From sequence record MH791404.1: 23,407 nucleotides of DNA; one strand, 5' to 3'. Below are positions 1 through 7,987 of the stretch, one piece after another. The position numbers and the translations under genes were made by a program. Position 1 is the stretch's first letter, and each line of letters opens with the position of its first letter. The notes under the pieces were generated by a model. That model did not search any database. It had not been told where the DNA came from and was given only the letters and a program-made list of their open reading frames with translations.

Positions 1-2535
1 ACCAGTCATGATACCACCAGACAGATTAAGCTTTTTGTTAAGCTCTGTGTTTATCTGTGTAGTTGTTAATGTACCAACGTCGGCGGCTGATGGTTTATTG
101 CCGGTATGATATATGTCATAATCTGTGTTATTAACTTTAACCTTCGGATTGATAGTTCCAGAAGCTAATGTCAATCCAGATGGTGAGCGTTCGACGTAAT
201 AATCAGAACCACTACCAAGAGTCAATCTAGTGGTGTTGCCAGAGTTAAATCTAACATCCCCAGTTACAGTACCACCAGTTAAAGACAACGCCCCAACATC
301 AGCGGAAGTAGGTTTAAACTCTTCGTTATAGTCACGATACCAAGGCTTCCACGCACCACTTGAATATTGTGCTCTAGACCAAACTTCGGACGAGTTATAT
401 ACCCAATATTTTTGAATAACGCCAGCGGAAGTAGTAACAATAAGGTTACCAGCTTTCTCAACTGGATAGTTCAAACTAGTTAATGCTTTAGCGTTAGCAA
501 CTTGGCTATATATACCAGCGGTTTTAATATCGTTGAGGTTATCTGTATCTCTCAGTGTGATAATAGAACTAAAACCACCAAGAGCAACACCATCAACATA
601 TGCCTTGTTTGTTAAATGCATTGCCAACGTCGGAACTTGGTTATTTGATATAGTACCGTTTGCATTAAAGACAGTTTCCCCAGTTACAGTTCCCGAACCA
701 TTTGGACGAATCACAACACCAGATGAATNNNNNNNNNNNNNNNNNNNNNNNNNNNNNNNNNNNNNNNNNNNNNNNNNNNNNNNNNNNNNNNNNNNNNNNN
801 NNNNNNNNNNNNNNNNNNNNNNNNNNNNNNNNNNNNNNNNNNNNNNNNNNNNNNNNNNNNNTACTTTCTTACCAGCATGGGTGAATTCAGCACCAACAGC
901 TCTACTTATTCTTAGTGTACTAGTATCAGCAGTCGAACCATCAGACCCTCTGCGATACCTAGAAGCTAAGAACAAANNNNNNNNNNNNNNNNNNNNNNNN
1001 GTTGTGTTTGTTGCTTGACCTATAATTCTAGACAACTGATCGCCACTATGGGGATCATATCGGTTTGTAGCACCAACTCTAAAACTAACCTCACCTATTG
1101 TGTATGGAATACCAGCAGCAACACCATCACGATATTTTTCCTTGGTATAAGATACGTAAGGATAAACAGAATCGTCATTAGTAGAGTTATTGTGTCTTAG
1201 AATACCAGTTCTATATGTGTTTACCTGTTCCCACACACCAGTCGGTAACCATGGTTGCCAACCNNNNNNNNNNNNNNNNNNNNNNNNNNNNNNNNNNNNN
1301 NNNNNNNNNNNNNNNNNNNNNNNNNNNNNNNNNNNNNATTTCTGAACAGTCAAGTTATCGAAAGATCGTTGTTTAACCTCAACAATACCCGTATGAGTAG
1401 TTGCAGTTGCGGTATTGTCAGTTCCATTAGCCCAGTTACCATCAACTGTAAAAACACCGTTGGTCTTAATTAGGTTGAAGTCACGAACACCACCGGTTAC
1501 TGTGATCGCGTTGGGGCTATCACCAACACCAAGACCCATACCACCCACCGGCTGTTTGTTCAGAGAGGTATACATTTCAGCCCATGGCTGCCAAACACCG
1601 ATATATTGTCTGCGCACCCATACACGGTTTTCAGTATAAGAAAAGAATATTTGTGCGTTTGCCCCATTACCCCAACGAGTAACAAGGAGGGTTGAACCAC
1701 TAGGTCCACCAGCAACGGGAGTATTTTTTGTGTTGGCGAAAACACCATAGTTACCGGGCATAATTGCTTTATCGCAATCATCTTCTGGTGGACGATCATA
1801 TACCGCCATTGCCTTTACTTCTTCCGCACTAGGCAAATTACCTTTATGGAAAATATCATAGTTTGTATTTCCATAAGACACTTGAGGATTAACCCCGGCA
1901 GCCATATTAAATCTTACTTGAGTTAGTGGTGTACCATACCAACCACTAAAAGCAATTCGTTGATCCGTAACGTCTCTATCTACTTTACCACCTTGGAAAT
2001 AAAGTAAGGAACCAGATGCAACTAGACGTTGTGCATATGTATTGGTAGCAGAATCATAAACTTCAACTTGACCGTTGGACTTGATTCTATTTGCTTCAAC
2101 CTGACCATTAACCATTAGGTTTCCAGTCATGGTATCACCATCTCTATTAACAGCTCGAACAGGCAAACCGTCAAGTTTTGTTTTGTCTTCTTTACTCATT
2201 GCCCCATGGGCGGATTGCGTTGCGTTATTAATTGAAACTCGCGGACTTACACCAGTAGTAACGACGATTGGGAGAGTCCCGGTTACAGATTTCACCGATG
2301 TACTATCTAGGTTATCAACATAACCTTTAATGGCAACTTCATTAGAATTGACAGGAGTTTTATATGTCAATGTTCCGGTAAAGGTTTTATCCCCACCAAT
2401 AGATTGATTACTAACACTATCAATAACCTCATTACCATTATAAAACAGCTTAACGTCTTGCGGGGAAAATGGTAGGTTAGTCTGTGTCCAAACTAATCCA
2501 CCCCCAGCGGTAGACGAACTCTTAAGGTCTGCCAT
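1..2535 (-). CDS. 36: Long tail fibre protein with T4 gp36-like N-terminus (distal hinge connector fused to an extended fibre); partial, continues past position 1
   Basis: Hand translation from ATG at 2535: MADLKSSSTAGGGLVWTQTNLP, resembling T4 gp36 MADLKVGSTTGGSVIWHQGNFP. The frame stays open across all three N gaps to position 1 (>=845 codons). Contains fibre motifs (KGYVD, RDGDTMTGNL, KAYVD, LSGGIMTG) and three knob-like repeats ending W[QK]PW. SD GAGGA upstream. Confidence 0.85.
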   Translation of the reverse strand, partial: MADLKSSSTAGGGLVWTQTNLPFSPQDVKLFYNGNEVIDSVSNQSIGGDKTFTGTLTYKTPVNSNEVAIKGYVDNLDSTSVKSVTGTLPIVVTTGVSPRVSINNATQSAHGAMSKEDKTKLDGLPVRAVNRDGDTMTGNLMVNGQVEANRIKSNGQVEVYDSATNTYAQRLVASGSLLYFQGGKVDRDVTDQRIAFSGWYGTPLTQVRFNMAAGVNPQVSYGNTNYDIFHKGNLPSAEEVKAMAVYDRPPEDDCDKAIMPGNYGVFANTKNTPVAGGPSGSTLLVTRWGNGANAQIFFSYTENRVWVRRQYIGVWQPWAEMYTSLNKQPVGGMGLGVGDSPNAITVTGGVRDFNLIKTNGVFTVDGNWANGTDNTATATTHTGIVEVKQRSFDNLTVQKXXXXXXXXXXXXXXXXXXXXXXXXXGWQPWLPTGVWEQVNTYRTGILRHNNSTNDDSVYPYVSYTKEKYRDGVAAGIPYTIGEVSFRVGATNRYDPHSGDQLSRIIGQATNTXXXXXXXXXLFLASRYRRGSDGSTADTSTLRISRAVGAEFTHAGKKVXXXXXXXXXXXXXXXXXXXXXXXXXXXXXXXXXXXXXXXXXXXXXSSGVVIRPNGSGTVTGETVFNANGTISNNQVPTLAMHLTNKAYVDGVALGGFSSIITLRDTDNLNDIKTAGIYSQVANAKALTSLNYPVEKAGNLIVTTSAGVIQKYWVYNSSEVWSRAQYSSGAWKPWYRDYNEEFKPTSADVGALSLTGGTVTGDVRFNSGNTTRLTLGSGSDYYVERSPSGLTLASGTINPKVKVNNTDYDIYHTGNKPSAADVGTLTTTQINTELNKKLNLSGGIMTG

Positions 2536-2573
2536 TTTTAAATTCCTCTATTTTGAAATTGTTTCTACTCTTT

Positions 2574-2580
2574 TATTTAG
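2574..2580 (-). promoter_or_regulatory. Candidate late promoter (CTAAATA variant of T4 gp55 TATAAATA) for the tail fibre gene
   Basis: CCTAAATAA in the intergenic gap about 40 nt upstream of the fibre ATG, just after a terminator. The same 9-mer precedes the spanins. Confidence 0.6.
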
Positions 2581-2585
2581 GTAAC

Positions 2586-2613
2586 AAAAAAGTCCCTTAT
2601 TTGGGGACTTTTT
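2586..2613 (-). terminator. Rho-independent terminator after o-spanin
   Basis: Minus strand AGTCCC-CAAATAA-GGGACT followed by TTTTT; overlaps the last codons of the gene. Confidence 0.7.
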
Positions 2614-2896
2614 GACATTGTGGTTCTTTCAGATCCTTTCTATAAGAACATAACATTCTATTTTGTGAATCTATATAAACACCTATTTTTTCAAGCCAAG
2701 CCCTATACCTTAAACTGTCCTCATATGTCATCCCGACATAAGTTGTTTCACCTTCCTTAATAACAGTCCATTTAGGAATATAAGTTTTTACAGGGATTGG
2801 TCTATTTGGATGAAACACTAATACCGGGTCTGGTCTCGGTGGTGTTGAACATGCAGCAAGAACCACTATACACATCATAATTAGAATTTTTTTCAT
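2597..2896 (-). CDS. Outer-membrane spanin (o-spanin, Rz1-like lipoprotein; T4 PseT.2-like)
   Basis: Signal peptide with lipobox VLAAC, Pro-rich segment after the Cys, C-terminal Cys pair; ATGA overlap with the upstream i-spanin. Confidence 0.8.
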   Translation of the reverse strand: MKKILIMMCIVVLAACSTPPRPDPVLVFHPNRPIPVKTYIPKWTVIKEGETTYVGMTYEDSLRYRAWLEKIGVYIDSQNRMLCSYRKDLKEPQCQKVPK

Positions 2897-3270
2897 TTAC
2901 ATTCCCCCAGAGTAAGGCAATCCATTCTGCTTCCAAACTCTTCATAATCATTCTGGATTATCTTCTCTACTAGCTTAGGTTTCTTGTCTATTGCATCCTT
3001 ACCGCGACTAGCATTAGATTCCAGCGTACCAATGCGCTTAGAAAGCTCTCTATTCGATTTCTCTTCCGTCTGACTATACTCGCTGGACTGTTGTTTGAAA
3101 TCGCTTATACTCAATTCCATGGCGGATAATTTGGATGTCATTGTTTCTAGTTGTTGGGTCATCTCTCCGATTGTTATTGCCTGTGATTCGATCTTGTTGA
3201 ACATATACCAAGTAGACCCACCAACCAAAATAAGAAGAATCCCAAATATAATTGCCTTGTATCTTACCAT
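2893..3270 (-). CDS. Inner-membrane spanin (i-spanin, Rz-like; T4 PseT.3-like)
   Basis: N-terminal TM helix, coiled coil, C-terminal KPKLVEKII...C.T..C. Start moved to ATG 3270 (SD GGAGA) from the track's 3300. Confidence 0.8.
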   Translation of the reverse strand: MVRYKAIIFGILLILVGGSTWYMFNKIESQAITIGEMTQQLETMTSKLSAMELSISDFKQQSSEYSQTEEKSNRELSKRIGTLESNASRGKDAIDKKPKLVEKIIQNDYEEFGSRMDCLTLGECK

Positions 3271-3283
3271 TATTAATATCTCC

Positions 3284-3322
3284 AAATAAAAAGGCTCCAA
3301 CCTTATTTAGGTTAGAGCCTTT
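3284..3322 (-). terminator. Rho-independent terminator with candidate late promoter CTAAATA (3304-3310) in its loop
   Basis: Minus strand AAAGGCTCTAACCT-AAATA-AGGTTGGAGCCTTT then TTATTT. The single imperfection is a U.G wobble only on the minus-strand RNA. Confidence 0.75.
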
Positions 3323-3334
3323 GGGAGATAATGA

Positions 3335-3829
3335 TTACTTTTTATCCCATTCGACACAAATCAATTCTTCGAAATCGTCTTCGTCAAAACAATTTTCAAT
3401 TACTTGTGAGATAACATCCCAATCTCCACCGGCAACACCAGCCCCAATCTTTGGGAATATAAGTCGATACCCTTCATATCCAAAATCTTCCGCTAAGTGG
3501 ACGAAACCATTCTCTAATGCATCCAAACGAAGATCTCGACCGGGGAAATATTGTGTGTATAGGTTAATCAATCGAGAGTCATAATCTAAGGGAGTCCAGC
3601 TATATTGACCCAACATTCCAATATCCACTTGACCGTTTGTCTTAAACAGCCGTTGGAAATGTGCGTCTACAATAGGCGCATCTGGGAAGTTCATGGCAAT
3701 ACCAGCAGCAATACCGGAACCCATTGCAGTATGACAATTACACCCATGAACGAACAAAGTTGGAATCTTCAATACTTCTGGGTCTTTCATCATGGCGATC
3801 ATATCGCCTTTAACATAACGAATTTTCAT
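3335..3829 (-). CDS. Macrodomain protein (Poa1p/T4 Tk.4-like ADP-ribose hydrolase)
   Basis: Motifs YVKGD, VHGCNC...MGSGIA, NLYTQ, FPKIGAGVAGGDW, as in T4 Tk.4-type macrodomains. Confidence 0.9.
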   Translation of the reverse strand: MKIRYVKGDMIAMMKDPEVLKIPTLFVHGCNCHTAMGSGIAAGIAMNFPDAPIVDAHFQRLFKTNGQVDIGMLGQYSWTPLDYDSRLINLYTQYFPGRDLRLDALENGFVHLAEDFGYEGYRLIFPKIGAGVAGGDWDVISQVIENCFDEDDFEELICVEWDKK

Positions 3830-4092
3830 TCGATAACATCCTTATGAAATTCACCAATAACTTTTTCCGGTGAATGACCCAACACAACCATATTGACAGG
3901 ATGAGAAATGGTATGAACACCGCTAACAAAATAAAATTTAACTACGTTTGTTTCTGTAATTCCACGAGATTCGTCAAGGGTTACGAAATCATACATCCAA
4001 TCGTTGAACCCGCGATATTTTGCATTGTTCAAAATAATTTCAGCAGCAAGCCCGAAAGACCGGGCTTTATCCTTCAATTCTTTAACTGTCAT
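3826..4092 (-). CDS. Hypothetical protein
   Basis: ORF track; ATGA overlap with the macrodomain gene. Confidence 0.7.
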   Translation of the reverse strand: MTVKELKDKARSFGLAAEIILNNAKYRGFNDWMYDFVTLDESRGITETNVVKFYFVSGVHTISHPVNMVVLGHSPEKVIGEFHKDVIE

Positions 4093-4095
4093 ATT

Positions 4096-4377
4096 TTAAC
4101 ACCGACACGGAATAAAAAGAAAACTCTCTTTTTGGTTAATAAAAACGGTTCCATCATTGATATAGATTGGATTTTTCTTTTCCTTATCTTCAATATCACA
4201 AACCGCGATTACATTTTCATCATCGTCGATATGAAATACAATGAACCCATTCTTGAGAATTTCATAATTATAAAAATTACGTTCGCAACTGGTACGATAT
4301 TCTTGAGCCGCTTCTACAGACCGAAAACGGTAAATGGTATCAAAGTTCATACGTGGGTATTGATCATTTGGATACAC
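4096..4377 (-). CDS. Hypothetical protein, possible goF/ComC-alpha-like domain
   Basis: ORF track; YRFRS..AAQEY...RN motif near the N-terminus and a terminal E..LF motif. Confidence 0.6.
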   Translation of the reverse strand: MYPNDQYPRMNFDTIYRFRSVEAAQEYRTSCERNFYNYEILKNGFIVFHIDDDENVIAVCDIEDKEKKNPIYINDGTVFINQKESFLFIPCRC

Positions 4378-4945
4378 TGAATGTCACCTTACCATTTTTA
4401 ATGGAAATTTTGATTTCCATATCTTGAGAAAGTTTACCTTGTGTGTTAACTAGATTGAAAATTGCTTGATCGAGTGGTGTCAACTGACAATTACCAATTT
4501 TTAGGTTACCTGTTATGTTAAGACCTTCGTCGTTTTTCTTCAAAGGTTTAGTTACATCCCCAGAAAATGTGGGTTTGTTCCCCTCGAACTTAGAAACGAC
4601 TGGTGTTTTATTGAGAATAATCTCATTACAGACCCCACCCATTAGTTCCTCATCACTAATCTGACGAGGTTTTGGGAGATCTTCAAGCTCAATCTCTTTA
4701 TCAAGTGTAAAATATTTATCAAATTCGTCATGGTCAATGGTATTGAATTCGTCCACCTTCAATACACCATTAACAATAAAACGGCTAATATAACCATCGC
4801 TGTTAAGTCTGTTCAAGCTATCTTGGTTAACTGTCAGACGATAATCAACCAGATAATTAGAAACAATCCAATCATTAATTTTGGCTAGACCGATAAACTC
4901 TTTCCGGTCTTTTGGAGTTTTGAATTTATAAACAAATGCTTTCAT
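4364..4945 (-). CDS. Hypothetical protein, possible goF/ComC-alpha-like N-terminal domain
   Basis: ORF track; YKFKT..DRKEF....IN motif and EFDKYF; SD AAGGAA. Confidence 0.65.
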   Translation of the reverse strand: MKAFVYKFKTPKDRKEFIGLAKINDWIVSNYLVDYRLTVNQDSLNRLNSDGYISRFIVNGVLKVDEFNTIDHDEFDKYFTLDKEIELEDLPKPRQISDEELMGGVCNEIILNKTPVVSKFEGNKPTFSGDVTKPLKKNDEGLNITGNLKIGNCQLTPLDQAIFNLVNTQGKLSQDMEIKISIKNGKVTFSVSK

Positions 4946-4959
4946 TCTTTTTCCTTTTA

Positions 4960-5526
4960 TTAGTCCATGTAAGAGCTGCGATATGCAACTTTTTCACCAA
5001 CCACATCATTGATTTCATTACAAATGATCTGCATGATTTCCTCTTTGTAAGTCAAAGACTGATGACCACAATACGGAATTCTAAATTTTGGTTCCAAGAA
5101 AGATTCTTTACCTGATTTATACGCAATGTCAAACCCGAGACCCAAAACAAGGTCTTTTACTTTTTTCTTTCTTCCAAATTCAACATACACAGAGGAAAAT
5201 CCACAACAGTCCCAATCGTTGGGATGACGCTCAAGGTAGTCCCGATGATAATCATTGATTTTCTCGATTACTTTTTCAACAAAAGAAACATCATATCCAG
5301 ATTCCGGTTGTACTACTTCCGGAAGTGGTTTCTTCTCTTCTTTGTCGAGACAGATCAGTTCATTCTCTTCATATGCACTGATAGTACCATTGGGCCAAGT
5401 AACCTCAACCCAAACCTCTGGATTGTAGTATGAAACCACACCAACCACACCAAACAAATGACGTTGACTTTCGTCATTCATCACATTGCTATTGATCTGT
5501 ACGTTGCTACCTTCTTTCATAGTCAT
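4960..5526 (-). CDS. Conserved phage hypothetical protein (SH3-like N-terminus; C-terminal CGF...Q...KE...S.MD domain)
   Basis: ORF track; directly downstream of a promoter and SD GAGGA. Confidence 0.75.
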   Translation of the reverse strand: MTMKEGSNVQINSNVMNDESQRHLFGVVGVVSYYNPEVWVEVTWPNGTISAYEENELICLDKEEKKPLPEVVQPESGYDVSFVEKVIEKINDYHRDYLERHPNDWDCCGFSSVYVEFGRKKKVKDLVLGLGFDIAYKSGKESFLEPKFRIPYCGHQSLTYKEEIMQIICNEINDVVGEKVAYRSSYMD

Positions 5527-5551
5527 TTCCTCGTTGTTGTTTACGAGATAG

Positions 5552-5581
5552 AGAATACCAGANTNTGNTTNGTNATGTCAA
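5552..5581 (-). promoter_or_regulatory. Sigma70-type early promoter
   Basis: TTGACA-18-TATTCT with TG extended -10. Ambiguous bases fall in or just outside the spacer and spare both hexamers. Confidence 0.6.
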
Positions 5582-5589
5582 ANACTTTA

Positions 5590-6093
5590 TTACATTAGTT
5601 TCAATTTCAGTGACTTTAGTTGGTCTCGGTCGTTTCGGTTGATGAAGTATGATTTACCCTTGTAATCAGTTGCGAACGCGGAACCATCTTGACCAATAAA
5701 CGAAACAGAAATATCTTTTGGATTTTTGTTTCGACGAAGACCAATAGTGAGCATATCACCAACTTCCAGTTCCCGAAATTCTGATACTTTCTCTTTTTTG
5801 ATTGTAAACAGATTGCCGTTCAGAGTCATTCCAAACTCAGATACATCAGTTACATAAGTAACAGTGCCACCGGAATGATACTCAGTAACACGGACACCAC
5901 CACTAAGATTAAACTGGTCTAAAATAATAGTTAATCCTGTAATACACGCAATAAGTTGCGATACAACACCATTATTTTTGTTAATAACGGAGACGACCAA
6001 ACGCTTTGATTTATAGTTGAATCCGCTACCCTCTTCAATCACAACCCCTTCAACGTCTTTCGTGACTCGTTTTTCTACATAAAGTTTTTTCAT
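5590..6093 (-). CDS. Hypothetical protein
   Basis: ORF track; start moved to ATG 6093 (TAATG overlap with the upstream gene). Confidence 0.7.
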   Translation of the reverse strand: MKKLYVEKRVTKDVEGVVIEEGSGFNYKSKRLVVSVINKNNGVVSQLIACITGLTIILDQFNLSGGVRVTEYHSGGTVTYVTDVSEFGMTLNGNLFTIKKEKVSEFRELEVGDMLTIGLRRNKNPKDISVSFIGQDGSAFATDYKGKSYFINRNDRDQLKSLKLKLM

Positions 6094-6470
6094 TACATAC
6101 CCCATTCTTTTTGAATTACATCGTTGCAAAAATCAACTGAATTTTCGAAATCATACATTTTGTTCATCAAATCACCAAACTTGGATTTGATAAGTTGTTC
6201 CGCTGCTTCTCGTACCCGTTGATCAAATGCTTCTACGTTGTATTGTTTTTTGATTCGATTTTCCATAACTTCATACTGGTATTTCATGAAGTTTTCGTAA
6301 GACTCAACGTGTTCGATCTCGATACCGTTGATCAAGACAGTCAGTTTGAAAGGCTCATCCTTGATATCACCCTTTCGAGTGTCCCGGATCTTTTCCAAAA
6401 TTTCATCTGATTGGTCAAGAAACAGGTGGTTCACAACAAGGTTAGCTTCATCAAGTCCAAATTTCATCAT
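6093..6470 (-). CDS. Hypothetical protein
   Basis: ORF track; SD GAGGA. Confidence 0.7.
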   Translation of the reverse strand: MMKFGLDEANLVVNHLFLDQSDEILEKIRDTRKGDIKDEPFKLTVLINGIEIEHVESYENFMKYQYEVMENRIKKQYNVEAFDQRVREAAEQLIKSKFGDLMNKMYDFENSVDFCNDVIQKEWGM

Positions 6471-6479
6471 AATTTCCTC

Positions 6480-6818
6480 TTAATCACTAAGTTTACCGAA
6501 CGGGATTTGTTCAACAAAAGCCCAAGCGGCATGATAAACGGTAGCACCGGGGGTTTCACTCATAAACACAGTATCAACTGGAGCCACAACACGAAATAAA
6601 GTTGGTTCTCCACCAATCGAACGAGCCGCCCGCCGTGCGTATACTTTTGCCAGTCCACGGTCTTTAGTGAAGAACACACGGTCTAAGTTTTTCTTACGAC
6701 CTTTCTCTGAAATTGTATCAGTCATCTCAGGAGGAAGCAACATATTACCTTTCAAACCAAGAGTACAGGAACCATGATAGAACTCAACATAATCTGGTTT
6801 GCAGTGAATGGTTGTCAT
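6480..6818 (-). CDS. Putative small ADP-ribosyltransferase (Arr-like, H-Y-type ART fold)
   Basis: FYHGS...LLPP, RVFFT...LAKVYA, GG.PTLFRV match the recalled layout of Arr-type ART domains; SD GGAGAG. Confidence 0.6.
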   Translation of the reverse strand: MTTIHCKPDYVEFYHGSCTLGLKGNMLLPPEMTDTISEKGRKKNLDRVFFTKDRGLAKVYARRAARSIGGEPTLFRVVAPVDTVFMSETPGATVYHAAWAFVEQIPFGKLSD

Positions 6819-6845
6819 ATCTTCTCTCCATCAACGTTACAACCC

Positions 6846-7217
6846 TTATTCTACACTTTCTTCGTCTGGTGTCAATATGTTTTTAGAAATAAAATTTATT
6901 ACCCCATCATCTGGACGTTCAAACAACCAAATGCAATTTAGATATCCCAGTGAACTGGGATCTTCATGGTCAACACGACCCACTGGGATCTCACTGTCGT
7001 AACAAAACCCTTTGTAATCATCACATACATAGAAACCACACTGTTTACTGTAAACAATACCAACACAAACGCAAGATTCGGGCCAAAGTTCAACCAGACC
7101 ATCATTGTTTACAGTTACAGCAAATTTGTCATATTTGTGTTCGTTTACTGGGAGGTCGAGAACCAAATTATCAATTATAACAGGAATGTTAAAACTCTTA
7201 AAAGGTGGTGTATACAT
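6846..7217 (-). CDS. Hypothetical protein
   Basis: ORF track; candidate -10 TATACT at 7243-7248 upstream (the -35 falls in an N gap). Confidence 0.7.
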   Translation of the reverse strand: MYTPPFKSFNIPVIIDNLVLDLPVNEHKYDKFAVTVNNDGLVELWPESCVCVGIVYSKQCGFYVCDDYKGFCYDSEIPVGRVDHEDPSSLGYLNCIWLFERPDDGVINFISKNILTPDEESVE

Positions 7218-7281
7218 TTTAGTACCCTAAATATAAATGAGCAGTATAAGCGATNNNNNNNNNNNNNNNNNNNNNNNNGTT

Positions 7282-7554
7282 TTATTCGTCAACCATACAG
7301 TTAATCAAATGATCAATTCTACCAGCATCAAATTCTTTTATAATCTCTTTTTTCTGATATGGGGTTAGACTACTAACCATAACTCTGAAATTAAAAATCG
7401 TTAATGGTTTACCTCGCACGGTAGTAAACCCTAGTTCATTTAGAAAATCTACAAACCCAGATTGAGTATCTAGAATGTCATCACAGCCATATTTTGCCAA
7501 GATAGATGCGGTAGCTACAATATCTTTCATCAATTCAACTTTTGTAATTTTCAT
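7282..7554 (-). CDS. asiA: Anti-sigma70 protein AsiA
   Basis: 90 aa; IVATASILAKY..DDI......F..FLNELG......L....FR.MVS.LT...KK.II.EF aligns end to end with recalled T4 AsiA; syntenic downstream of 52. Confidence 0.88.
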   Translation of the reverse strand: MKITKVELMKDIVATASILAKYGCDDILDTQSGFVDFLNELGFTTVRGKPLTIFNFRVMVSSLTPYQKKEIIKEFDAGRIDHLINCMVDE

Positions 7555-7790
7555 ATTTTATAATCTTTGTCTCTTAGGATCACATCAGTTCGATTTCGAA
7601 CATCACCAATAAATCTTGCAGTACTACCACATGGAAAAATAATAATACTTACTTCATACCCAAACGCATCTTTTTGGATAGACAGTTTGACCGTTTCCAT
7701 TGAATGGTCTTTAAGGTTGATATGGGTAGGTTTTCCATCTTTTGTAAGACCAGACACTACCCCACCACCAAATAATGTCATATCAATCAT
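7551..7790 (-). CDS. Hypothetical protein
   Basis: ORF track; start moved to ATG 7790; ATGA overlap with asiA. Confidence 0.65.
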   Translation of the reverse strand: MIDMTLFGGGVVSGLTKDGKPTHINLKDHSMETVKLSIQKDAFGYEVSIIIFPCGSTARFIGDVRNRTDVILRDKDYKI

Positions 7791-7792
7791 AA

Positions 7793-7903
7793 TCACCAAC
7801 CTTCTGATTTCTTATGCTTTTTACCACGAATTTTCTTGGAATTCTCTTTCTTATCCTTCATAACAGAAGGACGATTGAAATTATGTTTAGCTACTGGATT
7901 CAT
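7793..7903 (-). CDS. 36-aa basic protein MNPVAKHNFNRPSVMKDKKENSKKIRGKKHKKSEGW (not in the ORF track)
   Basis: Hand translation; SD AAGGA; fills the gap between a promoter and the next ORF; NPVAKH.FN start recalled from small phage proteins. Confidence 0.75.
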   Translation of the reverse strand: MNPVAKHNFNRPSVMKDKKENSKKIRGKKHKKSEGW

Positions 7904-7927
7904 TTTCTATTCCTTATGTTATGAAAG

Positions 7928-7943
7928 AGGGGGCGAACCCCCT
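7928..7943 (-). promoter_or_regulatory. UUCG-tetraloop hairpin at the 5' end of the predicted transcript
   Basis: AGGGGG-TTCG-CCCCCT, starting about 10 nt downstream of the -10 at 7954-7959. Confidence 0.65.
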
Positions 7944-7953
7944 TGATGTGGTT

Positions 7954-7982
7954 ATAGTCTCATAACCAATACATGTTTGCAA
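7954..7982 (-). promoter_or_regulatory. Promoter, ATGA-GA class
   Basis: TTGCAA-17-GACTAT preceded by TATGA; lies in inverted repeat 7949-7968. Confidence 0.55.
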
Positions 7983-7987
7983 GTGGT

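Noticed and set aside
279-1799. Short minus-strand ORFs 279-461, 711-896 and 1560-1799
   Set aside because: Out-of-frame overlaps inside the continuous fibre ORF.
1-2535. Diversity-generating retroelement acting on the fibre
   Set aside because: No reverse transcriptase and no template/variable repeat pair visible; the internal repeats are similar only at protein level.
7227-7233. CTAAATA on the plus strand downstream of asiA
   Set aside because: Antisense with no gene to serve; an AT-rich 7-mer is expected a few times per strand by chance, and it overlaps the SD region of 6846-7217.
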